Shown piece after piece: positions 10,050 to 20,528 of a stretch of DNA of 64,000 nucleotides. Origin of the DNA: Promethearchaeota archaeon. Its GTDB lineage: Archaea; Asgardarchaeota; Lokiarchaeia; Sigyniarchaeales; SOKP01. Made by a program: the position numbers and the translations under genes. The notes beneath the pieces were generated by a model. That model was not told the DNA's origin, did no database searches, and saw only the letters and a list, made by a program, of their open reading frames with translations. Within the stretch, counting starts at the first letter, position 1. Every line of letters starts with the position of its first letter. The stretch covers positions 279,121 to 343,120 of the forward strand of contig JAUVNS010000005.1 of assembly GCA_030599585.1 (NCBI GenBank). Direction: 5' to 3'.

Positions 10050-11462
10050 ATGAATGGTCAAATAACTGATTTGGATGTTTTTTTTAACCCTAAATCCATT
10101 GCTATTATTGGTGCTTCAGATACTTTCAAATTTGGTTATACTATGACAAATTATTTATTAAATTCGAATTTTAAAACATATCCTGTAAATATTAATAAAG
10201 ATATTATTTTTGGTCATACCGTGTTCAAAAATATTAATGATATCCCAGCTGATATCGAATTGGCAATTGTTGTAGTAAAGAATGAACATGTGCTTCAAAT
10301 AGTTAAGGATTCTGTCAAAAAAGGAGTTAAAGGGATAATTATCGAAACTGCGGGCTTTGCTGAAACGGGTATCGAAAAATTTGTTAAAATGCAAGAAAAA
10401 ATAGAGGTAATTGCTAAAAACTCGAATGTAAGAATAATTGGTCCTAATTGTGTGGGAGTTACTAATTTTGACAACAAATTTACAACCACAGAAATAGATT
10501 TTGATCAATCTATAGAAGGGGGCACTATTTCAATTATCGCTCAGTCAGGTGTATTAGGAAATATATTTGTTGAATGGTCAGCAAGTCAGAAAATTGGTTT
10601 TTCGAAAACGATAACACTTGGTAATAAAGTAGATGTTGATGAGATTGATATGCTGGAATATCTAGATAAAGATACGAACACTAATGTAATAACAGTTTAT
10701 TTAGAGGGGGTGAAAAGAGGCCCAAAGTTAATAGAAACACTAAAAAAATTAACTAAACCTGTTTTGATTCTAAAAAATGGTCGTAGCGAAATTGGTTCTA
10801 GAGCGATAAAGAGTCACACTGGCTCTATCGCTGGAGACGATAAAATTTACGATACAATTTTCAAACAGCATCCCGGTATTTATCGCGTAAATAATTTTTA
10901 CGAAATGTTTAATATCGCTCAAGTGTTTGCTACTCAACCCTTACCGAAAGGAAAGAACATCGCAATAATTACATCTTCAGGAAGTTTAGGTATATTAGCT
11001 TGCGACGAAATTGAAAGGCTAGGTCTAAAACTTGCGGTTTTAAATGAGGCTACCATTCAAGAGATGAAATCTATCGCCCCAAATTGGACTTCTTTGAAGA
11101 ATCCTGTCGACTTGGGGCCTTCATTATTTATGACTTTTAGTAAATCGTTAAAAGCGATACTAAACGATGAACATGTAGATGCCTTATTACACATATTCGC
11201 TGTCCCTCAAAAACCTCTAGAGACCTTTTCTATACCCATAACACCACACTTGAGGGAAATGAAAAATCTTTCGACCAAGCTGAATAAACCTGTTATTACT
11301 TGCGTTTTTGGTTCCCGTTGGGTTCTTGAATACTTTTTAAAACATTCGTATAAATATAAAATTCCAATAATGACTCAAATAAGCCACGCAATAAAGGCGT
11401 TTAAATTTATGTATGATTTTAGTAAATCAAATAAAAATCTGAATAAAGATATCGAAACTTAA
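10050..11462 (+). CDS. Acyl/acetate-CoA ligase (ADP-forming) alpha-subunit-like protein
   Basis: FFNPKSIAIIGAS, IIGPNCVG, AQSG, GNKVD, SHTGSIAG phospho-His motif, NPVDL. Confidence 0.9.
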   Translation: MNGQITDLDVFFNPKSIAIIGASDTFKFGYTMTNYLLNSNFKTYPVNINKDIIFGHTVFKNINDIPADIELAIVVVKNEHVLQIVKDSVKKGVKGIIIETAGFAETGIEKFVKMQEKIEVIAKNSNVRIIGPNCVGVTNFDNKFTTTEIDFDQSIEGGTISIIAQSGVLGNIFVEWSASQKIGFSKTITLGNKVDVDEIDMLEYLDKDTNTNVITVYLEGVKRGPKLIETLKKLTKPVLILKNGRSEIGSRAIKSHTGSIAGDDKIYDTIFKQHPGIYRVNNFYEMFNIAQVFATQPLPKGKNIAIITSSGSLGILACDEIERLGLKLAVLNEATIQEMKSIAPNWTSLKNPVDLGPSLFMTFSKSLKAILNDEHVDALLHIFAVPQKPLETFSIPITPHLREMKNLSTKLNKPVITCVFGSRWVLEYFLKHSYKYKIPIMTQISHAIKAFKFMYDFSKSNKNLNKDIET

Positions 11463-11569
11463 CGGTTAAAATTAATCTAAAAATTGGACTCCATTTTTTT
11501 TATAATCGACTTCAGACTTCTTTTAATTAAAATATAAGTAATAAAAATGAATGAGAGAAGTGATTATAA

Positions 11570-12103
11570 ATGGTTGATTGGAGACAAATAGCAGATCAAG
11601 CCCTATTATATTGGCAAGAGTTTATAACTTGGTTTTTGGCTTTACCCATCTACTCTCAAGTTTTCGTAATAATGGCAGCAGTTGGTGTGATAATCCTATC
11701 GGTAGTCATTGTATACTATACTCTTAAAGGTGTGGCTTATTTAGTTTATTACATCCTAAAAGGAGTATATCTTTTACTAAAAGGAATATTCACTGGTCTT
11801 TATAAGCTTTTTGAGGAAATTTATTATGAGGTTTCTGGTAAACCTAAACCTATTAAGGAATCCTCTGATAAAGAATGTTATGGACAATCAGAAGCACCCC
11901 AACAATCTTACGAGGAACAAGAGATTATTAAACCAATGCAGAAAGAAATTCAAATTGTACAACCTAATGCTGTGTTTTGTAGTGAGTGTGGAAGTCAATA
12001 TACCGAGAGAATGATTGAACAATTAAGTGAAAATGGAACTGCTTATTGTGTGTTTTGTGGAAAAGGATACAAATCTATTAAAGTTGAAGTAGAACAATAC
12101 TAA
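11570..12103 (+). CDS. Membrane protein with C-terminal double Zn-ribbon
   Basis: Hydrophobic N-half; CSECG and CVFCG. Confidence 0.6.
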   Translation: MVDWRQIADQALLYWQEFITWFLALPIYSQVFVIMAAVGVIILSVVIVYYTLKGVAYLVYYILKGVYLLLKGIFTGLYKLFEEIYYEVSGKPKPIKESSDKECYGQSEAPQQSYEEQEIIKPMQKEIQIVQPNAVFCSECGSQYTERMIEQLSENGTAYCVFCGKGYKSIKVEVEQY

Positions 12104-12271
12104 TTTTTTTTCTTTTTTTTTAATCTTTTTTTTACTGTAGGTTTTCTGAAAGTAACTTTTATGACTGTTTGTAGACTATATCTGATGATTAATTTTAAAT
12201 ATTGTTAAGACAATGAAGTAGTTACCGAATTTCGTTATTTATATTGAAATAATATTAAAATTTGATAAAAA

Positions 12272-14002
12272 ATGACAAATGAAAATACCAAAAAGAGTCC
12301 ATATTCGGAAAAAATATGGCTTAAATCTTACGATGCTCATGTAAAACCAAACATTGATCTAGAGTATTATTCTGTAGCAGAAATGATGAAACGTACGGTT
12401 AAGAAATACCCCAATAGTTTATGCTACGATTTTCAAGGTTCTTGTGCGACTTTTAAAGAAGCAGAAAAATATATTAACAGTTTTGCTAATTTTCTTATTG
12501 ATAATGGCGTGAAAAAAGGAGAACGTGTAGTAATAAATCTACCAAATCTTCCCCAATTTATCATAGCGTTATTTGGAACGTTTTACGCAGGATGTGCTGC
12601 GTCAGGGATGAACTTTTTATTACAACCAAATGAAATAAGGTACCAGTTAAAAGACAGTGGAGCGGTTGCAATAATTACTTTAGACTCTTTTTACGAAGAG
12701 AAAGTAAGGGAGGCGCTCAAGACTGGGGACACAGATGTAAAAATTGTGATTACAACTAATGTAGCTGATGTTTTGGATTTGGAACCTGCTATGAAAGAAC
12801 AATTAATTAAAATAGGAAAAATCCCACATGGAAAAGTTGAACCAATTAATAGCATCAAATATTTTAACTATAAAGATATTGTAGAGAAATATCCAAACGA
12901 TCAATCGCCTAATGTTGAAATAGGTCCTGAAGATCTTTTATTACTTCAATACACTGGTGGAACGACTGGTCCTCCAAAAGGGGCAATACTAACTCATCGA
13001 AATTTAATACATATAATGCAAATAGTAGCTCATTGGTTTGAACCTGGTTCTAATCCCGGTAAAGACATTTACATGTCTGGGTTTCCTTTTTTCCATTTGG
13101 CGGGTTTACAATTTTGCCTTCAGAGTGCTTTTATGGGTTCCACTCAAATTTTAGTTCCTGATCCACGAGATACAAATTATATGACTGGTAAAATGAAAGA
13201 CTATGAAGGAAAGATTGCACTAATGTATAACGTTCCAACTCTTTATATGATGCTTTTAAAAAATCGGAAATTTAAAAAATTAGATTTAAGCTCTGTGATT
13301 GGCTATATCTCTGGTGCAGCTCCTTTCCCTACTAAAAATATAAATGAATTTGAAGATGTTGTAGGTCGAGGGAAACTTGTAGAAGCTTATGGAATGACCG
13401 AGGCCTCTCCCGGAGTAACTATGAACCCCTATCTCGGAGAGAAGAAAGTTGGAACTGTGGGAGTTCCATTTCCTAACACGGAAGTAAAATTAGTAGATGT
13501 TACAGACCGAAATAAGGAAGTTCCTATAGAGACACCGGGTGAGATTGCTATTAGAGGCCCTCAAATATTCAAAGGGTATTGGAATAAACCAAAAGAAACT
13601 GAAAATGCACTTGTCGACGGTTGGTTTTATTCTGGTGATGTTGGTGTGATGGATAAGGATGGATATATTACTATCGTTGACCGTACAAAAGATATGATAA
13701 TTGTCAGCGGATTTAAAGTATTTAGCGTTGAAGTTGACGATAAGATGAATAAACATCCTGCAATTGAGTTATGTTCAACTGTTGGAATCCCTGACTCAGA
13801 TCGTCCCGGTTCAGAAATAGTTAAATTGTATGTGCTGCTTAAGGAAGGTTACCAAGCCTCAGAAGAAGTTAAAGCAGATATTTTAAAATTTGCGCAAGAC
13901 AATTTAGCAAAATATAAAGTCCCTAAATTCATTGAATTTCTCGATCAATTACCATTAACAACAATAGGCAAAGTCGATAAAAAAGCTTTAAGAAAGATGT
14001 AA
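12272..14002 (+). CDS. Long-chain fatty acid-CoA ligase
   Basis: YTGGTTGPPKGA, YGMTEASP, GWFYSGD, DRTKDMII, GKVDKKALR. Confidence 0.95.
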   Translation: MTNENTKKSPYSEKIWLKSYDAHVKPNIDLEYYSVAEMMKRTVKKYPNSLCYDFQGSCATFKEAEKYINSFANFLIDNGVKKGERVVINLPNLPQFIIALFGTFYAGCAASGMNFLLQPNEIRYQLKDSGAVAIITLDSFYEEKVREALKTGDTDVKIVITTNVADVLDLEPAMKEQLIKIGKIPHGKVEPINSIKYFNYKDIVEKYPNDQSPNVEIGPEDLLLLQYTGGTTGPPKGAILTHRNLIHIMQIVAHWFEPGSNPGKDIYMSGFPFFHLAGLQFCLQSAFMGSTQILVPDPRDTNYMTGKMKDYEGKIALMYNVPTLYMMLLKNRKFKKLDLSSVIGYISGAAPFPTKNINEFEDVVGRGKLVEAYGMTEASPGVTMNPYLGEKKVGTVGVPFPNTEVKLVDVTDRNKEVPIETPGEIAIRGPQIFKGYWNKPKETENALVDGWFYSGDVGVMDKDGYITIVDRTKDMIIVSGFKVFSVEVDDKMNKHPAIELCSTVGIPDSDRPGSEIVKLYVLLKEGYQASEEVKADILKFAQDNLAKYKVPKFIEFLDQLPLTTIGKVDKKALRKM

Positions 14003-14041
14003 ATTCCTTTTTTTTATTTTATTTTTCAATCAATCAGTATT

Positions 14042-14926
14042 TTAATCTAGTTTTTTTTCGTAAAGAACAACCGCTACGGGTTCGTCTTCCCAAGAGGGAT
14101 CCTTAAACCCTAATTCTTTTACATACTTTACTGCTTCAGCCTTACAGTAAAGCTCAACTAAATCGATTTCATTTTTATCAATTTCGAAGTTTAATGTATA
14201 AGATATTAATTTACAAGCGGCTAATGGATCACCGTAAACTATAATCCATAATTCATTTTCCCTAGGATTTTCCGGTTGAGCATGGCTCTTAATATCTATT
14301 TTTTGTAGTATTGCTTCAGAATTAGTTAACCATACAGCGTTTTTGTCTTCTAAACTTGATAGTGGAATATACGACCACCCGATATTCAATTCATCTCCAG
14401 GGCCAATATCCATTTTTTTATATTTACTTTTTGCTTCTTTGTTAGTTATTTTCCGAATTTGAGAAAAATCGCTTAAGTTCAGTTTTAACTTACTTATCTT
14501 ACATTCTAAGACTTCCATCCTTTTTTTCTCGTTAAATCCGTGAAATTTTGCTAAAGCTTTAGAACCAAAATTACTAGAAGATGTATCGTACTGAGCGACC
14601 TTGGCGCCTACTTGAATTGCATAATCAATAGCATATTTCATTAAATCACGTCCAATTCCTTGCTTTTGATGAGTTATCTTCACTCGACCCCCCTCTAACC
14701 ACGCTATTCCATTAGGAAACATTTTTACTCTTCCAAGCCCAATTAATTCTTTCATTTCTTCTTCAAGAAAAGCACCGTAAGCCAAGTTGCCTTTTTCATT
14801 TAACCATCTCTCTATAACATCAGGGATGTAATCATCACCTTCCCATATGTCTTTACTGATGTCTAAAATTGCTGGTATATCTTTTTTTGTTAAATCTCGG
14901 AAATATAATTTCATAATTTCAACCAA
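14042..14926 (-). CDS. GNAT family N-acetyltransferase
   Basis: WLEGGRV...QKQGIGRDLM acetyl-CoA binding motif. Confidence 0.85.
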   Translation of the reverse strand: MVEIMKLYFRDLTKKDIPAILDISKDIWEGDDYIPDVIERWLNEKGNLAYGAFLEEEMKELIGLGRVKMFPNGIAWLEGGRVKITHQKQGIGRDLMKYAIDYAIQVGAKVAQYDTSSSNFGSKALAKFHGFNEKKRMEVLECKISKLKLNLSDFSQIRKITNKEAKSKYKKMDIGPGDELNIGWSYIPLSSLEDKNAVWLTNSEAILQKIDIKSHAQPENPRENELWIIVYGDPLAACKLISYTLNFEIDKNEIDLVELYCKAEAVKYVKELGFKDPSWEDEPVAVVLYEKKLD

Positions 14927-14966
14927 TAATAAATAACCTAATTATAGAAACAATAATCAGAGAATA

Positions 14967-15593
14967 TTAAGAAAGTTTTTTGTAAAGATTGTAATATAAA
15001 ATAAATACTAAACAAGTATGAACTATCACACAAGCAAATATTCCGAGTGTAATAAGAAGATATCCGTTATAGAGTGCTAAAAGAAATGAGGATATGAGAT
15101 AAGATATCAAGATTTTTAAATTTTTGAATTTAAACCAGATATGTAAATGATAGAGAGAAAAAATTACGCTCGAAATTAAAATCGCTAAGAATAACCCTAA
15201 TTTTAGCTGGTATAATAAAACTCCTATGAGATAATAACGAAAGATAAATTCTTCCATTATCATAGTCAGAGGAAAAAACACAAATAAGATGTTTTTACCA
15301 TTTTTATTCAATAGAGCATTAATTACCTCGTGATGTTTCATAGTTTCTTTGCTTGTTCCTTTGTACATAAAAAATTCCATCACTTTTCCTAAAACCAAAA
15401 GGAATACAAATCCTATTAGTAAAAATGCCAGAGTAAAAAGAGAAAAATCATTGACGATGAGAAATTCAGTGTAAATGCCAAAAAATAATGGAACTATTAA
15501 TAATATTACTGCAAAGGTAATAGTTAGATATTTTTTACTCAATTCCAATTTTCTAATGCCATAAGTAATTATTATATATTGGAAGCTTCCCAT
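14967..15593 (-). CDS. CPBP (CAAX/Abi) intramembrane protease
   Basis: EEFIFR, FSLYH, IVH motifs in a multi-TM protein. Confidence 0.85.
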   Translation of the reverse strand: MGSFQYIIITYGIRKLELSKKYLTITFAVILLIVPLFFGIYTEFLIVNDFSLFTLAFLLIGFVFLLVLGKVMEFFMYKGTSKETMKHHEVINALLNKNGKNILFVFFPLTMIMEEFIFRYYLIGVLLYQLKLGLFLAILISSVIFSLYHLHIWFKFKNLKILISYLISSFLLALYNGYLLITLGIFACVIVHTCLVFILYYNLYKKLS

Positions 15594-15631
15594 TATATAT
15601 TATTTTAATCCATAAAAAAAGGATTTGAAGC

Positions 15632-17149
15632 TTGCCAGAATTGTATCAAAAACTTGAAAAGATTGTATCAAAAAATTGCATTTCAGATAATCTATATGTA
15701 AGACACGCTTATTCGAGGACTGTAGATCCTGTATTACAAGGTGTTCCAGATATCGTTATAAGACCAAAGGACGCTCAAGAAATTTCTGAAATTCTTAAGG
15801 TTGCAAACGAGGAAGATATAGCTGTGATACCTCGTGGAGGTGGTGACTGTGAATTCGGGGGCAGTAAACCCATTGGTGACAGTGGAATTGTCTTGGACTT
15901 AAAGCGAATGAACAATGTAATTAATCTAGACCAAGAAAATCTTATTGTTACCATCGAGGCAGGTATTTCCTGGGGAAAATTGAACAATTATTTATGCAAT
16001 TTTGGATTATATACTGGGTGCTTAGGTCCTGGATCCGGACTGACAGCTTCTGTTGGAGGTGGTATCTCTCATCAATCAGTTGGTGGCGGGGGATGTGCTA
16101 AATATGGATCATGTACGAATCAATTAGTTTCTTTAGAGGTCGTTCTACCTACTGGGGAGATAATTGAAACAGGTTCACGAGCAAACAAATATTCAAAATT
16201 GCCGTTTAATAGATTCGGAAACGGTCCTGACTTTGCAAGCCTTTTTTGTGGTGATAACGGAATTTTTGGTGTGAAAACCCAAGCGTCATTACAAATTTTT
16301 CCAAAACCTCCATTTGCAGATTACAAAACATTTCTCATGCCTCGAAAATCTGAAGAAATATCAGCAAAAATTTTTACTGAATTTAGGCGCAAAGGGATTG
16401 ATGTTTACGATTCGATGTATTTTATGGATTTATTAGTAAGGGTAGGCACAGAAAAAGGAATTTTTCCTTTATGGGAAAACTTAAAGAGAAAAAGAGGTAC
16501 AATGTTTTACACCGTAGAAGCTAACACAGAAATAGAACTAGAAGAGAAAGTTAAACAGTTAGACAAAATTTTTCTCCAAAATAAAGCAGAAGAATTAGGT
16601 CCAGAAATTGCTGATGGGAACATAGGGAAATGGCACTACGAAGAACAAGGACACTGGTTAATTGCACATAATTTATGGGGGTTAGTCCCTGGCTTTACAG
16701 CATTAGATGCAGAATGCCACACGCCAATTACCGCCTATCCCGGAATTTTAAAAGATGTAGACCTTTGGGATTTTGAACACACTAAAGAAATGGAACAAAT
16801 TTTAGGTGTATCAGGAATGCGACCAATTTCTGGAGCAGGACCCATTATACTAATTGGAGATCACAACGTTGAGTTAACAACTGGATTTACAAGCTTCGAA
16901 AGCTATATTGATGGAACAAATTACGAATTTCTTAAAGAATTAAACATCAAACTTTGGAAATCGCTACTCGAAAGAATAACTAAACACGGAGTAACATGGT
17001 ACATGGTAGGAGATATCCTAAGTAGGCTATTAGCCGAAATTGGAGCGTTTCAGCCGGAGTACTTACAATTCTTGAAATCAATTAAAAAAACACTTGATCC
17101 GCGTTTTATTTTAAGTAGAGGAAAGTTTAATTTTTGGGGAGAAAAATAA
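15632..17149 (+). CDS. FAD-binding oxidoreductase (GlcD/D-lactate dehydrogenase-like), paralog 1
   Basis: PDIVIRP, PRGGG, LEVVLPTGEII, GIFGV, KKTLDP. Confidence 0.9.
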   Translation: MPELYQKLEKIVSKNCISDNLYVRHAYSRTVDPVLQGVPDIVIRPKDAQEISEILKVANEEDIAVIPRGGGDCEFGGSKPIGDSGIVLDLKRMNNVINLDQENLIVTIEAGISWGKLNNYLCNFGLYTGCLGPGSGLTASVGGGISHQSVGGGGCAKYGSCTNQLVSLEVVLPTGEIIETGSRANKYSKLPFNRFGNGPDFASLFCGDNGIFGVKTQASLQIFPKPPFADYKTFLMPRKSEEISAKIFTEFRRKGIDVYDSMYFMDLLVRVGTEKGIFPLWENLKRKRGTMFYTVEANTEIELEEKVKQLDKIFLQNKAEELGPEIADGNIGKWHYEEQGHWLIAHNLWGLVPGFTALDAECHTPITAYPGILKDVDLWDFEHTKEMEQILGVSGMRPISGAGPIILIGDHNVELTTGFTSFESYIDGTNYEFLKELNIKLWKSLLERITKHGVTWYMVGDILSRLLAEIGAFQPEYLQFLKSIKKTLDPRFILSRGKFNFWGEK

Positions 17150-17183
17150 AAAGCAAACATTATTAGAAAAAGAAGTAAAAAAT

Positions 17184-17495
17184 ATGTTTAGTAAAAGGAT
17201 TTATCTTGAAAATAACGTGGGGAATATAGTTAAAGTGAAAGGTAGAATTTCTAATGTAATCTGGCAACATATGACGGCTCTTATTGATTCTCATCCACAC
17301 ATGAATTATTTCGACTTAGCTGATAGTTATCAAATTATAGTTTATACTAAGGACCAGATTTCTTGTGAAGATCAGATCGAAATAACTGGGGAGGTCACGA
17401 AGCTAGAGAGTGATTACAACAATCCTGAAGTTAAAATTAGCGATAAATTTGCTGAATATCATATAATTGCAGATTCTTGGAAATGTATTGATTAA
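17184..17495 (+). CDS. Small OB-fold-like hypothetical protein
   Basis: VGNIVKVKGRIS...IEITGEV beta-strand pattern. Confidence 0.5.
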   Translation: MFSKRIYLENNVGNIVKVKGRISNVIWQHMTALIDSHPHMNYFDLADSYQIIVYTKDQISCEDQIEITGEVTKLESDYNNPEVKISDKFAEYHIIADSWKCID

Positions 17496-17613
17496 AAAAT
17501 AAGAAAGTTTGAAAATAAATAAAATAATGATAAATAACACAATTAGAATACATTTAAGTAATTTATAGAGTCTATTATAAAATAATTTTATTAAATTAAG
17601 AGGTTTAAGAAAA

Positions 17614-19128
17614 TTGTCTGAAGTATATAAAAAATTAGAAAATATCGTGAAAGAGAAATACATCTCTAATAGTATTTATGTCCGGCACGCGTATTCGAGG
17701 AATGTAGATCCCATTTTACAAGGCGTTCCTGATATTGTAATTAGACCGAAAGATGCTCAAGAGATTGCAGAAATTCTTAAAATTGCAAACATCGAAAATA
17801 TCCCCGTTACACCTCGTGGAGGTGGGGACTGTGAATTCGGGGGGAGTAAACCAATAGGGGATGGTGGAATAGTATTAGATATGAAAAGAATGAACGAGAT
17901 TATCAAGTTAGACCAAGAAAATCTTATCGTAACAGTTGAAGCTGGAATTTCTTGGGGAAAATTAAACGAATACTTGTGTCATTATGATCTTTATACGGGT
18001 TGTATGGGACCGGGTTCCGGAATGACTGCTGCGGTAGGAGGAAGTATATCTCATCATTCAGTAGGTGGAGGGGGATGTGCTAAATATGGTGCCTGTACTA
18101 ATCAATTGGTTTCGTTGGAGGTAGTACTTCCGACGGGTGAAATCATTGAAACGGGTTCTCAAGCTAATAAGTACTCTAAATTCCCTTTCAATCGATTTGG
18201 TAATGGTCCTGATTTAGCTGGTCTTTTCTGTGGTGACAATGGTATTTTTGGCGTGAAAACCAAAGTTTCGCTGCAAATATTTCCAAGACCACCATTCGCA
18301 GCATATAAAACATTTCAATTACCTCGGAAAGAACGAGTGATTTCAGCTAAAATTATGAATGAGATCAGGCAAAAGGGAATTGATGTTTACGATGTTATGT
18401 ATATGATGGATTTATTAGTAAGATTAGGCTCAGAAAAAGGAATGTTTCCGTTTTGGGAAAACTTGAAAAAAAAGAGGGGAGTAATCTTTTATACGATCGA
18501 AGCAAATTCGGAAAAAGAATTAGAGGAAAAAGTAAAACAATTAGATGAAATCATGCTAAATAATAAGACAGAAGAATTAAATTCAGAAATTGCTGACGGG
18601 AACATCGCTAGATGGCATTATGCTGAACAAGGTCATTGGCAATTCTATCATAACCTATGGGGCGTATCTCACTGCATGGAACCATTAACAGCAGAATGTT
18701 TTAGTCCGATCGATTCATATCCTGAGGTCTTAAACGATATCGACCAGTGGGACATGGAACATAACGAAGATATGCAAAAAATTTTTAATATTGCAAAAAC
18801 TCGTCCGATTGCAGGGAGTGGACCAATTGTATTAGTTGATGGCAATAATGTAGAAATTACATGTGGTTTTACCACCATTGGAAGTTATTTTAATGGAGAG
18901 AATCACGAGTTTCTCAAGGAACTAAATTTAAAGCTTTGGAAATCATTGCTAGAAAGAGTAACCAAACATGGAGTGCAATGGTACATGATGGGAGACTATA
19001 TGTCGAGATTGATGGTAGATATGGGTGCGTATCCCGAACACTATTATAATTTTATGAAGTCAATTAAGCAATCTTTAGATCCAAAAATGATTTTAAGTAG
19101 AGGAAAATTTAACTTTTGGGGGAAGTAA
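17614..19128 (+). CDS. FAD-binding oxidoreductase, paralog 2
   Basis: Colinear and highly similar to 15632..17149. Confidence 0.9.
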   Translation: MSEVYKKLENIVKEKYISNSIYVRHAYSRNVDPILQGVPDIVIRPKDAQEIAEILKIANIENIPVTPRGGGDCEFGGSKPIGDGGIVLDMKRMNEIIKLDQENLIVTVEAGISWGKLNEYLCHYDLYTGCMGPGSGMTAAVGGSISHHSVGGGGCAKYGACTNQLVSLEVVLPTGEIIETGSQANKYSKFPFNRFGNGPDLAGLFCGDNGIFGVKTKVSLQIFPRPPFAAYKTFQLPRKERVISAKIMNEIRQKGIDVYDVMYMMDLLVRLGSEKGMFPFWENLKKKRGVIFYTIEANSEKELEEKVKQLDEIMLNNKTEELNSEIADGNIARWHYAEQGHWQFYHNLWGVSHCMEPLTAECFSPIDSYPEVLNDIDQWDMEHNEDMQKIFNIAKTRPIAGSGPIVLVDGNNVEITCGFTTIGSYFNGENHEFLKELNLKLWKSLLERVTKHGVQWYMMGDYMSRLMVDMGAYPEHYYNFMKSIKQSLDPKMILSRGKFNFWGK

Positions 19129-19132
19129 AAAT

Positions 19133-20365
19133 ATGAGTGAATTAAAAAATCTGAAAGAAGAATGGAAAGCTATATTCAGTTGTATGGGCTGTGGGGATTG
19201 TGGATACGCCATAAGACCGGCAGTTGAAAGATATTTAACTTGTCCAGTTAAGGAAGCAAAAGGTGAAGGAGGTTTTGAAATTTATTTTGCTCGAGGAAGG
19301 ATGAATGTTCTTAAGAGTATATTAGAAAAACAGATACCTCTTTCCAGAGAGCTCGCGAAATTCGTTTATGAGTGTATGGAATGCGGGAATTGCACCGAAG
19401 TGTGTCATATGTCTCAAAACGAGTATATCGTTCTCAATACATCTAAATGGATCGACCATGTAAAAGTATGGGAAGCGTTACGAAAAGATCTTGTAGAAGC
19501 GGGCTTCGCCCCACTTGACAGACATGGCAAGTTAATTGATTACATGAACGATGAAACTATGAGAAATCCTTATGGCGAAGAAGAAGCAAAAAAATTCAAG
19601 TGGACAACCGAATTTCCTGAAATCAAGGACAGAGGTGAGTTAGTATTTTTTGGCGGGTGCACGATGCCGTTAAGACAAGTAGATACCTTAAAAAGCATGA
19701 TGAAAATTCTTAAAGTAGCGGGAAAAGATATGGCAATGTCTAAAGATGAGTGGTGTTGCGGTTCAGTAGCCTTGAGAATCGGAGATGAGAGCTCTGTAAT
19801 TGATATTGTTAAACATAACGTAGAAATTTTTAAAAACATGGGGGCCAAAACGATATTTACTGCATGTGCGGGATGTTATAGAACATGGAAAAAAGATTAT
19901 CCCGAATTACTAGGTGAAGAATTGCCGTTTGAAGTAAAACACATAACAGAAATATTAGTTGACATGTTAAATAATAACGAGATACCGTTTAAATCAGTTG
20001 AAGGTTCGGAAACAGTAACGTGGCACGATCCATGTCATTTAGGAAGACATATGGATCTCTATGAGATACCTAGGGATGTCTTACTAAAAATACCGGGGAT
20101 ACAATTAAAAGAAATGAAACGAAATCGGAATAATGCTTGGTGCTGTGGAGCTGGTGGAGGAGTAAAGAGCGAATTTCCCGATTTAGCGCTTGACATTTCA
20201 AAAGAAAGAATAAAAGAGGCAATAGACACAGGAGCACAAATTTTAACTACGAGCTGTCCATTTTGTATTGGTAATCTGAGTGATACATATAAAGATATGG
20301 ATGCTGAAGTTCGAGAAAAAATTCAAGTAATTGACATAATTGATTTGATAGCTGAAAAAATTTAA
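19133..20365 (+). CDS. (Fe-S)-binding CCG-domain oxidoreductase (HdrD/GlpC/GlcF-like)
   Basis: CxxCxxC ferredoxin motifs, WCCG twice, HDPCHLGR, TSCPFC. Confidence 0.9.
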   Translation: MSELKNLKEEWKAIFSCMGCGDCGYAIRPAVERYLTCPVKEAKGEGGFEIYFARGRMNVLKSILEKQIPLSRELAKFVYECMECGNCTEVCHMSQNEYIVLNTSKWIDHVKVWEALRKDLVEAGFAPLDRHGKLIDYMNDETMRNPYGEEEAKKFKWTTEFPEIKDRGELVFFGGCTMPLRQVDTLKSMMKILKVAGKDMAMSKDEWCCGSVALRIGDESSVIDIVKHNVEIFKNMGAKTIFTACAGCYRTWKKDYPELLGEELPFEVKHITEILVDMLNNNEIPFKSVEGSETVTWHDPCHLGRHMDLYEIPRDVLLKIPGIQLKEMKRNRNNAWCCGAGGGVKSEFPDLALDISKERIKEAIDTGAQILTTSCPFCIGNLSDTYKDMDAEVREKIQVIDIIDLIAEKI

Positions 20366-20424
20366 TTAACTAATTTGGTAAATTCTGAATTTTTTTCCAT
20401 TTTTTTCTTATAGAATAGTTTCCT

Positions 20425-20461
20425 GAATGGTAAATTCAGAGTCTGATTTTAATGATAATTC
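20425..20461. repeat. 37-bp dispersed palindromic repeat, copy 1
   Basis: GAATGGTAAATTCAGAGTCTGATTTTAATGATAATTC matches 21960..21996 at 34/37. Confidence 0.8.
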
Positions 20462-20528
20462 TTATCAAATAAATCAAAATATAAATATTAATCAAGATTT
20501 TTCCTCAAAAGATAAAAAAGACATTAAA

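Noticed and set aside
15632-19128. Duplicated FAD oxidoreductases as a special system
   Set aside because: Ordinary paralog pair with a CCG partner, common in anaerobic archaea
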